From assembly GCF_006345805.1 (NCBI RefSeq), contig NC_043000.1, positions 156,302,001 to 156,366,000 on the forward strand: DNA of 64,000 nt, read 5' to 3'. How positions within the stretch are numbered: the stretch's first letter is position 1; each line of letters starts with the position of its first letter. A model generated the notes under the pieces. That model worked only from the letters and a program-made list of their open reading frames with translations, made no database searches and was not told where the DNA came from. Source of the stretch: Octopus sinensis. Its lineage: Eukaryota. A program made the position numbers and the translations under genes. Of the stretch, positions 25,576 through 38,001 are shown in pieces.

Positions 25576-28500
25576 TGTGTGTGTTTGTGTGTATGTGTTT
25601 GTCACCTAGCATTTGCTTGACAACCGATGCTGGTGTGTTTATGTCCCTGTCACTTAGCGGTTCAGCAAAAGAGACCGATAGAATAAGTACTGGGCTTACA
25701 AAAAGAATAAGTCCCGGGTTCGAGTTGCTCGACTAAAGGCGGTGCTCCACATGGCTGCAGTCAAATGACTGAAACAAGTAAAAGGGTAGAGAGAGATGAG
25801 GGTGAGGGGAAAAGTGGATGAGGAAGATGTTGATGGTTTTAGGTTTGATAGAATTCCAAACTTATTTTTTTCAGCTGCGTGACTGTGAACTGGGGGCCAT
25901 CGTGAACAGGGAGCTAAAGCAAAGGGTGCGCCCCGTCCACGGGATTACGGCCCACAAGCCCATTGTCAAGCAGGACATCAAACTTGCCGCAAAGATCATA
26001 CAGAACCTAGATTGTAAGTGGAAACTCTGGGATGATCATGGAGAAGAGAAGAAAGATCTTGAAAAGGTAATGTTTTTTTTTTTATTCTATAATTTATAAC
26101 TTTTACGTGAGTGTTTTCTGACTAACCCTCATAGTATCATGCTCAGATTGGGCAAAAACACAATCAAATGCCTTCTGTAAATTAGGACATTATTTCAAGT
26201 GAATACGTAGAGACTCCCTTTTAAGTACATACAACTACTGATATAAAGTTTAAGCAATACTGTTTTTAAATCTATTGGCCTTGTGTCTTCCTTGAGAACA
26301 TCGTAGTATACATTATTTACATTTGATGGATATTTGTCCCCATCTTGTTTGTTGTTAACACAACGTTTTGGCTGATATACCCTCCAGCCTTCATCAGGTG
26401 TCTTGGCTTCTTATTCCTAAGGTATTTTTCGATGTTGTTGTTTTTATTATTTCCTCCTCCTCCTCCAGGTCACCGTTTGGAATTGAATTTGGTATCTTGG
26501 GGTTAAGAGTGCGGGCTACTAACTCCAAGATTCCGAGTTCGATTCCAAATACTGACCTGAATAATAATGACATCGGAAAATACCTTAGGAATGAGAACCC
26601 AGGTTCGAAATTTCCCCAAGACACCTGATGAAAGCTGGAAGGTATATTAGCCGAAACATTGTGTTAACAACAAACAAGATGAGAACAAATATCCGTCAAA
26701 TGTATATAATGTAAATAATGCCTCATCTCTTAAATATAGAACTGTATCAAGTAGTATAGTAACTGTTACCTTATCCAAGGTGAGGTTTAGCTATTACCTT
26801 CATACAGTTTTTGCTGGCCTTGCGAAATGATTAATTAAACTGACATTTGATTATTATCTTTGATCTTTTAATTGTTTCAGTAATTAGGCTGCAGCTATGC
26901 TGGGGCTCTGCCTTTAGGAATTTTAGTTGATCAAATTCACTCCAGTAATTATTTTCTTTTTAAGTCTGGTACATTTGCTGAACCGCTAGGTTATGAGGGC
27001 ATAAACACACTAACACCGGTTGTCAAGTGGTGGTAGGGGACAAATACACACACACACACACATATATATGATGGGTTTCTTTCAGTTTGCATCTACCAAA
27101 TCCATTCTCAAAGCTTTCGTTGACCTGAGGTTCGGTAGAAGAGACTTGCCCAAGGTGCCACACAGTGGAACTGAACACGGAACCATGTGGTTGGGAAGCA
27201 AATTTCTTACCACACAGTCATGTCTGTGTAATTTGTATGTTATTGTTGTCACTGTTCTTTTCATTCCAGTCGTATGGTTTGGTGTCGAAGAATCCGGTGT
27301 TAAAGAACATAGCTGATTATCTTGTTGAGGAGGGTAGCTATGAAGAGGAAGAGCTACTTGGCAAGTGACCCTTTTTTCTATTTACTGATGGGATTATTAT
27401 TTTGTTTGAAATATTACAAGTTAGTGGGTAGAGCAGGTTGGGTTGGGTGGGAGAGAACATAAGAAGGAAGGAATTTGAAGTGGGATGCAGTACTGAGCAG
27501 GGGTAAGAAGACGTAGAGTTCAACCAAGATGCTTACAAAAGGATCTCAGAAGAGGAGAATGAAATCCTGGAACAGTTGTGTAGTTATAGGTGTTGTTTAC
27601 AGTTAGCAAGTGAAGAGGAGCAGGAGCAATTGTAGTAGTGATGGAAGAGAAGAGAGAGGCCATACTCAGTTCAGCAGTGAGCCAGTTAAATGGAGATTTA
27701 TTTTCATTTCAATAAAGTAGCTAGTTAAGAGATGAAAGTAGTGATGGAAGCACTCCGTCAGTTACGACGACGAGGGTTCCGGTTGATCCGATCAATGGAA
27801 CAGCCTGCTTGTGAAATTAATGTGTAAGTGGCTGAACACTCCACAGACACGTGTACCCTTAACGTAGTTCTCGGGGATATTCAGGATGACACAGAGAGTG
27901 ACAAGGCCGGCCCTTTGAAATACAGGTACAATAGAAACAGGAAGTAAGAGTGAGAGAAAGTTGTGGTGAAAGAGTACAGCAGGGATCACCACCATCCCCT
28001 GCCAGAGCCTCGTGGAGCTTTAGGTGTTTTCGCTCAATAAACACTCAACGCCCGGTCTGGGAATCGAAACCGCTGCCCTAACCACTGAGCCATTGCGCCT
28101 CCACGATGAAAGTAGTAACTTTACTCAGAAGTAATGTTTATCGCCACTTCAACATGGCTGTTCGATGTTGCTTCTGTTTTAACCCCAGGCAGATCCTCTG
28201 CCAGCTGGTTACTGGTGCAACCTGCACCCTGTATATATTACAAGCAGGGGAGTGAACCCCTACCATCCTCTAGCAGACAACAGGATCACACGGTTCAGTG
28301 GTTTCAGGCTACTTGTGTTCATCTCCAGTTGTGAACACCTGACCACTAGAATTATTAAATACTAGCAGTATAACCCGGCGTTGCTCGGGTTTGTTTTTTA
28401 GTTGCGCTTAAAACAGTAGACTTTGATTTCGCGTTTACAAAGTCTTGACATCTCTTTTCTCTCTTTTACTTGTTTCAGTCATTTGACTGCGGCCATGCTG

Positions 28501-31500
28501 GAGCACCGCCTTTAGTCGAGCAAATTGACCCCGGGACTTATTCTTTGTAAGTCCAGTACTTATTCTATCGGTCTCTTTTGCCGAACTGCTAAGTGACGGG
28601 GACGTAAACACACCAGCATCAGTTGTCAAGCAATGCTAGGGGGACAAACACAGACGCACAAACATATACACGCATACATATATATATATATATATACATA
28701 CATATATACGACGGGCTTCTTTCAGTTTCCGTCTACCAAATCCACTCACAAGGCTTTGGTCGGCCCGAGGCTATAGCAGAAGACACTTGCCCAAGGTGCC
28801 ATGCAGTGGGACTGAACCCGGAACCATGTGGTTGGTTAGCAAGCTACTTACCACACAGCCACTCCATAGTTTCAATCTATGAATAAAAGTATAGTGTAGC
28901 GATGCTCGAGTTTGCTCTGAATCTGCTTTGGATCAGCTGATCCGTCGTTCGCTCAAAACCAATGACATCACAAAAAAATTCTTTTCGACCCTTTACAATT
29001 GGAATTTTTGAAAAGTAAAAATTTTGCATTATGTAGCTTGTTATTCTCTTTAAGTGAACATTTTTCTGGTTGAAATACACCGAAAAATGGCGACACAGCA
29101 GTAAAAAATCGTAATAAAAATAGGGATTTTCATAGAAAAAAAGCAACTTTTTAATGTAAATAATTTTTGGTCTTAACATGGTCCAATTTGAATTTTTTCT
29201 TCTACAGAATGAAGAACAAGCCTTCTTGTATTATACTCTCAATTTTGGTCAACTTGTGCCGCAAGGTCTCAGAGGAGATAGTGTTGAAGGCTGCCACACA
29301 AACACAGACAACTTCAGCTTTATATACTCTTTTACTCTTTTACTTGTTTCAGTCATTTGACTACGGCCATGCTGGAGCACCGCCTTTAGTCGAGCAAATC
29401 GACCCCGGGACTTATTCTTTGTAAGCCCAGTACTCATTCTATCGGTCTCTTTTGCCGAACCACTAAGTGACGGCGATGTAAACACACCAGCATCGGTTGT
29501 CAAGCAATGCTAGGAGGACAGACACACAAACATACACACACATATATATATATACGATGGGCTTCTTTCAGTTTCCGTCTACCAAATCTACTCACAAGGC
29601 ATTGGTCGGCCCGGGGCTATAGCACGAAAACGCTTGCCCAAGATGCCACGCAGTTGGACTGAACCCGGAACCATGTGGTTGGTTAGCAAGCTACTAACCA
29701 CACAGCCACTCCTGCGCCTATATATATAGATTTGTTGCAATTTAAGTATTTTCTTGCCATTTAGGTGGAACCATAGAAGATAAAGATAAATCCAAAGAAG
29801 AAACACATGAGCTGACTCTGGACAGGGATGCATCTTTAATCTCAGTAAGTTTTGTTCTTTCACTTCAGTTGATTGTATTGTTATTTTCAGTCATTTCATT
29901 GCCCACCATAGATTTTCTTTGTTGTGGTGTTTTACAGCTAACTTTTGTTCCCTCTTGCTCGATATTTATTTCAGAAATATTAAATTTCTAAATATCTCAT
30001 AGAGATATGTACGGTGGTGGGGCGATAGAGTGGTTGTATACTGTCAATTTAACGTGACAGTAAGGGAATTACACCACCGCTGTTTAGCCCTAGGAAGCAT
30101 CGACACATTTCCTGTGTCCTTATATATTTACAAAGGGGAGACAAATACCCCCAGCAGCTAGGCCTGCATCTAGAGACACGCATGTTTCTAGACCGATGAT
30201 GGGTAAAGACCCTGAAACATGCGTGTCTCTAGATGCAGGCCTGGCTGTTGGGGGTATTTGTCTCCCCTTTGTAAATATATAAGGACACAGGAAATGTGTC
30301 GAAGCCGACAGAAAGCGTCGATGCTTCCTAGGGTTAAACAGCGGTGGTGTAATCCCCTACTGTCACGTTAAGTTGACAGTATACAACCACAATATTTATT
30401 TCTTTATTGAGGAAATAAATATTTTTTATTTATTTCTTTATTGATGGAAGCTAAACATTGAGGGGACAAGCAAGGGATTATGCCGATTACATCGACCCCA
30501 GTGCATAACTGGTACTTATTTAATCGACCCCGAAAGGATGAAAGGCAAAGTCGACTTCGGCAGAATTTGAACTCAGAACAAATACTGCTAAGCATTTCGC
30601 CTGGCATGCTAACGATTCTGCCAGCTCGCCGCAATTCCTATTGCTCAATATATTAAACAGAGTGGTTAGAGGATTGAGAGAACAACAGTTACCGTTATTG
30701 TTCTTGTTTGTCTCCCCTTAATCCCAATTTTTGTTTATTTTGGAAATTAATTGAAATACATGGACATGGTGGATGACTGCAGGTGCAAAATACATTTTGG
30801 TAATCAATTACATCCCTTACAGGTCGGAGTTCAAATTCGATACTCTAAGAAGCGTTGCTCCAGTGTGGACACAGTAATAATTGAGACTAATCTTTATATA
30901 TAAAAGTGGGGTTGTGTGCTGTCTGTCTCCTACTATTTAGATTCCTAACTACTCCCACATTTTGCGGTGCAGTTTAACCAAAAGCGGGTATCTTATAGTC
31001 ATGATTCATATCGAGCCCTTCTGGGTATTAGCGCGCGTCTTCGATGAGTCTACGATTTAAAAAAAATTTACCATCAATTTTTCCCTTTTTTAATGCATTT
31101 TTGGCATATATAAAGGAAGTAACTCTCTAAAAATTTATTATTAAATCTCAGAACGTAAAAAGCTACAGTAACACCCCCCTTTGTGGTTAGCCATATTGAG
31201 ATGGCTATTATACTTTACATCTCTAAAAATGCTTATATAGTTATTTCCCTTACAAACTCGAGCAACGCCGGGTGATACTGCTAGTTAAAGTCTAAAATGA
31301 TAAGAAATATTTTCATGTAATATGGTATACATGGAACTTATATGGTTTTTACCAATCTTGATTGCTTTTTTGTCTCACCCTACAATTTTTTAAAATTGAA
31401 ATAAATATTTTTTACTTTGTTCTTTTTTTTTATGACATTTGAGAGTGCGAATTTTATTTCACCTGTTTTGTAATGTGTTTGTTTGTTGTACTGTAGACTT

Positions 31501-34500
31501 ATCCAACCCATGTCAATCTGTTTTATGATGATGGTGATAATAATTTAGATGGTCATTTAATGTTTACATTCTTTTTTTTTCAACAGGTTCTTGACCGTAT
31601 GATTCTGTATCTCCGCATTGTCCATTCTTTGGACTATTATAGTGCCAGTGAGTATCCCAATGAAGATGAGATGCCACACCGATGTGGCATTATCCATGGA
31701 CGTGGTCCGCCTCCGCTGAAAATAACACAAAATGACGGTATGTATTTTCATTTCTTTTTGATACTTGATTGCAGTTCAACTGGTGAAGTATAAACTAGTG
31801 AACTACTTGTTTCTAGATCACAAGTTTAAACCTGTTGTAGGCATTTTCAATGTATTTCCACATTGTGTCATTTCACTTGTTGTCAAGAAGGGGTACCATA
31901 TAATCATCATCATCGTTTAACGTCTGCTTTCCATGCTAGCATGGGTTGGATGATTTGACTAAGGTCTGGCAAACCAGATGACTGCACCAGGCCATCTGAT
32001 CTGGCAGAGTTTCTACAGCTGGATGCCCTTCCTAACGCCAACCACTCCGAGAGTGTAGTGGTTCTTTTATGTACCACCGGTACGAGGGCCATTCAAGCAG
32101 TACTGGCAATGGCCATGCTCAAATGGTGCTTTTTATGTGCCACCTGCACAGGAGCCAGTCCAGCGCCTCTGGCAACGACCTTGCTCGAATGTTTTTTCGC
32201 ATGCCACCAGCTCAAGTGCCAGTAAGGCGACACAGATAATGATCACGCTTGAATGGTGCTTTTTATGTTCCACTGGCACAGAAGCCAGTTTGTTGCTCTG
32301 GCAATGATCACGCTCGGATGGTACTCTTAGCGCTCCACTAGCACGGAGGCTAGTCATCGAATTCGATTTCGATTTCACTTGACTCAACAGGTCTTTGCAA
32401 GCAGAGTTTAGTGTCCAATAAAGGAAAGGTACGCATAAGTGGGCTGGTTACACCCCTGGCATAGGCCATGAAGTTCTGGTCTCACTTGGCTTGCTGAGTC
32501 AACCATTACCTGATATAGAATAATGTTGTATCCAAGAGTAAAAGAAAGGAAATATCCTCTCTTTTCACACCAGGATGTGGACTTAGGTGTTATATTCTCT
32601 TTTATTGAGCGCTTCCTTCTCAACAACTTTTAAAATGCATATACAGCACAAATCTGTTAATCAGTGGAAACAGCTTGCTAAGTAATGTTACTTTTTGACA
32701 ACTTGACATTGCCGATTTTTTTGTAGCACAAATGCCGATGTCATAAAATACTGGGCTGTGCATCTTTTCAATCTATAAGCAATCAGGACAAACTACGTTG
32801 TTTTGCTTACAGCTTGGTAGAAAGCAGTTTTTGGTTATTAAAAATTTATGGCAAAATAGATACAAAAAAACTCAGCAGAAAACCCACATAAAATTGATAC
32901 TTCAAAGATAGCCAAGGTAGGATCAATAAGATCCTTATCTAGTATTTAAATGATGTGATATATATCATAGTGATGTGTCAAATTACTGACAAAGGTACCT
33001 AAACTCAAAAGAATCCTTTATGTGTAGTTGTAAATAGCTGCTATGGAAGAAGTAGTCTGTTGCTATAATTGTTGAGTTCTGAATATATTTGCTGATTGCC
33101 CCATTCAGGTACTGTTTTCCATATTTGTCTCTTAAGCTTTTGAGAGCTGGTGTATTGGTCATGATGTGAAAGTGTACAAGAAATAACTTTCTTCCTGGAT
33201 CGAGTTACAGGTGTGTTAGTCTGTTTCTATGATGTGAAGAGTATGAGAAATAAATTTCCTCTTGAATAGGATTAGAGTAAAATTCAGTATCTATTTCTGA
33301 CAGCGATGTGTGAATTAAGTATACTGTCCAGAAATAATGGAATACCTGCAGCCTATTTGACCACAGTCCACCGGGTTGTTAATGGGTCCATTGAGGAAGT
33401 ACTTTTTGTTGCTGTATATAGAAGAGTGTGTTCTTAGCTGCAATACTGTGCTGATCATGGTCTTAGACTAAAGAACCACTCCTCTGTGGATGTATATAAT
33501 TGTGAAAAGCTAGACAGTTATAAACAGGCGCAGGAGTGGCTGTGTGGTAAGTAGCTTGCTAACCAACCACATGGTTCTGGGTTCAGTCCCACTGCGTGGC
33601 ATCTTGGGCAAGTGTCTTCTGCTGACCAATGCCTTGTGAGTGGATTTGGTAGACGGAAACTGAAAGAAGCCCGTCGTATATATGTATATATATATATATA
33701 TGTGTATGTGTGTGTGTGTGTGTGTTTGCGTGTCTGTGTTTGTCTCCCTAGCATTGCTTGACAACCGATGCTGGTGTGTTTACATCCCCGTCACTTAGCG
33801 GTTCGGCGAAAAGAGACCGATAGAATACGTACTGGGCTTACAAAGAATAAGTCCCGGGGTCGATTTGCTCGACTAAAGACTCCAGCATGGCCGCAGTCAA
33901 ATGACTGAAACAAGTAAAAGAGAAAAGAGTGTCAGTGTCATTTAAAAAGGCACCCATGCCAGTACTGCATTAACACATCCGTGCTGGTGCAGCGTAAATG
34001 CACCTATGCTGGTGACATGTAGAAAGCACCCAACACACTCTGTTAAGTGGTTGACCTTAAGAAGGGCATCCAACTGTAGAAACCATGCCTCAGCAGACAG
34101 TTGGAGTCCAGACAACTCCCTGCTAGTCAGCTCCATGTCAAACCGTCCAACTCATGCCAGCATGAAAGGTGGATATTAAACGATGATGATGATGATACTT
34201 GTGACTTCCTTAACACAAGGGTAGTTATTGACTCTCATATATGATGTATTCAGCTAACTCTTTCTGAAACACATGGATTTATAAGGCCTAATTCTTTCCG
34301 AAACAAGAATGTCTAAAGCTTAATTGTTTCTGAAATATAACTTTTATAGAATCGAAATCGATCAATGGAAATTGCACTGTGATACCAGTGTCGGTGGCAC
34401 GTAAGAGAACCATCCGAATGTGGCCGTTGCCAGCGCCGCCCTGACTGGCCTCATGCCGGTGGCACGTAAAAAGCACCATCCGTTCGTGGCTGTTGCCAAC

Positions 34501-37500
34501 CTCACCTGGCCCTTGTACCGGTGGCACATAAAAAGCACCATCCGATCGTGGCCGTTTGCCAGACTCGTCTGGCACCTGTGCCAGTGGCACGTAAAAAGCA
34601 CCCACTACACTCATGGAGTGGTTGGCGTTAGGAAGGGCATCCAGCTGTAGAAACATTGCCAGATCAGACTGGGCCTGGTGCAGCCTTCTGGCTTCCCAGA
34701 CCCCAGTTGAACCGTCCAACCCATGCTAGCATGGAAAGCGGACGCTAAACGATGATGATGACGATGATAGATTTTTTTTTAAAAATTTTGTGAGACACAA
34801 AGACTAATAAAGCTTAAATTTTTTCTGAAACATGAAAATTCAAAGAGCTTAAATCTCTTTGGAAACATATGATCCACATGGATTAATTCTTTCTAAAACA
34901 TCACAACCCATAGGATCTAATTCTTTCTGATACTGTTGAAGCCATATAACTTTTTTCCAAAGTATAAAGACTCAGTGAACTTATTTCTTTCTGAAACATA
35001 AGAACCCATAGGGCTGAATTTTTTCTAAGACACAGGCCATTTGGGCTTAATATTTTAAATAATCTTATTTCATTTGTTTCATTATTATTCTCCTGTTTTC
35101 TTTGTCTTTCTGTCTTCAGTAACTGATTGGATGAACAATTTTGAGACGAAATTAAAAGCGTTTGTTGATATGCAACATCTTATTGACAAAGAGCAAGCCA
35201 TTTTATTGGGCAGGAAAGACCCAAATGCGTATCCTTTCTTGTTTCTGTTGGATTACATTTTACCCTTCGAAATTGATCAAAAAATGATTTGTAAATATAA
35301 AATATTAACCACTCTATGGCACATAGACTTTTAGATAATTTGACATCTATTCTCAATAGATTTGGGAACTGGGATGAGAATTAAATGTTTTACTTGAAAT
35401 GCAATGACGTGGTTGTGGTAAATTTGAATTTAGTTGACCTTGCTGTAAATATATCCCACAGGGAAATATAGTATACCATTATAAGAAGTGAATGTACTAA
35501 GTGAGTATTTTATATTTTGCTACTTTGCAATCCTGAACTTAGAGTTGCTCTGCGAATTTATCTGATTGGAAATGGTTATCCCACCTTTATTTTGGTAAAA
35601 GATGCTGGCCTAAGATAGAAATCTTTAAAAATAGGTTAGGTTCAGTTCAAAGTAATTTGAATTCAGATTAACTTTGTCAAATGTAATGCTTATTTATTCA
35701 CCTTGTTTTGAATTAGTCATGCATTCTCTCACAGCTTTGAGATTCCAATGGTGAGTATTATTGTAAGATAAGTGTAAGAGGTTGGGTTTGGCCAGTTTGA
35801 AAATAAAACAGATTATTTTGGCTGGATATGGCTGGTTTTAATGCTAAAGGGTTAAATATTTAAACTGGTTGAAAAAGCAGCTGACTCTACTGAAACTCTT
35901 TCGTTAACCTGTGATGTTGATTTCGACATGTTCCTTAATTTTGTGATACTCAGTGAAGTCGAGAAGTTTGTCACCTTGAATACACAGGAGCTGGCCATTG
36001 ACAAGTGGTTGTGCCCTTTGAGTGGGAAGAAGTTCAAAGGCCCCGATTTTGTGCGAAAGCACATTTTCAACAAGCACGGTGAAAAAATTGAAGAAGTTAA
36101 AAAAGAGGTAGGTTTGCTTTGTGAGTCGCTTGCTTTTTTTTCTATTTCCTCGTTGTTGTTGTCGTTTTTACCTGGCTCTGTTTTTTAGATTGTCTTTATT
36201 GTATTTTATCATTACTAATCAAAAATCAAAGAATCAAATCAAAATCGATGAACATCAATGGAATTTGTAGTTTTGTGGTACCAGTGCCGGTGGCACATAA
36301 GAAAACCATCCGAACGTGGCCGTAGCCAGTACCGCATCGACTGGCCTCCGTGCTGGTGGCATGTAACAAACACCATCCGATCGTGGCCGTGCCAGCCTTG
36401 CCTGGCCTCCGTGCCGGTGGCACGTAAAAAACACCATCCGAGCGTGGCCGTTCGCCAGCCTTGTCTGGCACCTGTGTCGGTGGCACATAAAAAGCACCCA
36501 CTACACTCTCGGAGTGGTTGGCGTTAGGAAGGGCATCTGGCTGTAGAAACACTGCCAGATCAGACTGGAGCCTGATGCAGCCTTCTGGCTTCACAGACCC
36601 CAGTTGAACCGTCCAACCCATGCTAGCATGGAAAGCAGATGTTAAACGATGATGATGATGATGACTACTTCTTCAATTTCCATCATCATCCAGTTGTTCT
36701 TACTGCATGGATTGCCAGGACTTGTTCTCCCTAGTCTGATTGGTCCACCATTGCTTGTGGTAGGTCTTCTCAAGTACACTCCCATGCAAGAACTTCACTG
36801 ATGATCTCTTCCTTTGCTCACCAGCAATGTCCAGCAAATTTTGTTCTTTGGCCACAGTGTTCAATTTTCATACTAACAATAATTAATGTCTTTCATTCAT
36901 TACTAGCAGTATCGCCCGGCGTTGCTCGGGTTTGTAAGGGAAATAACTATAAAGCATTTTTAGAGAGTTATAGCCAAAAAATGGAAAAACATGATGGTAA
37001 ATTTTTTTTTAAGATTTAAAAAAGGTGGAGTTGCGTCCCCTAGACAGTTTGTGGTTCGTGTTTCTGATTCTCGACGCCATGTCGAATTTATCGATTTTTT
37101 TCAGAACTGGGGGAACTTTTCAACATTTTCGCTGCGTTAGTTTTGAATTATGACATTGGGCTATGTGTGTGTCAAGTTTCATCAGAATCGGTTGAAAGCC
37201 GTGGTCAGGGAGAGGGTACAAGCAAACAGACACACAGAAACACGCACAGACAAACTGCCGTTTATATAGAGAGAGATGGTTGAGACAGTTGATGCCATTC
37301 ATTTGCAAAATTTTCCAGATATTCTAAGAGAAAAAATGAAAATTCTGAGCTTACTTTATTTAGGAGTAGACTATTTAATTATATCATACTCCCTACAAAA
37401 TAATGGTTTTTCCTACAATAAGAAATTATTACCATCACCATTAGCACTGCCAACTTGACAGTAATTCCAAATTTTGGCTCAAGGCCAGCAATTTCAGGAA

Positions 37501-37969
37501 GTAAGTCAATTACATCAACTCCAGTGTTCAACTGGTACTTATTTTATCAACACCCAAAAATGAAAGGCAAAGTTGACCTCAGCAGAATTTTATCTTAGAA
37601 CATAAAGACAAATGAAATGCTGCTAAACATTTTACCCAGCATGCTAACAATTCTGCCAACTTGCTGCTGCTGCTGCTAATGTAAAAAGCACCATCCGATC
37701 GTGGCCGTTGCCAACCTCGCCTGGCCTCCCCATGCCGGTGGCACGTAAAAAGCACCATCCGATTGTGGCCGTTTGCCAGCCCCGTCTGGCATCTGTGTCG
37801 GTGGCACGTAAAAAGCACCCACTACACTCTCGGAGTGGTTGGCGTTAGGAAGGGCATCCAGCCGTAGAAACATTGCCAGATCAGACTGGGCCTGGTGCAG
37901 CCTTCTGGCTTCCCAGACCCCAGTTGAACCGTCCAACCCATGCTAGCATGGAAAGCGGACGTTAAACGA

Positions 37970-38001
<32 letters not shown>

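Larger units (their letters stand above)
27361..29764 (+). other. GC-AG intron
   Basis: GCAAGT donor; the nearby GT (27365) gives a frameshift and a stop in the next exon. Confidence 0.82.
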
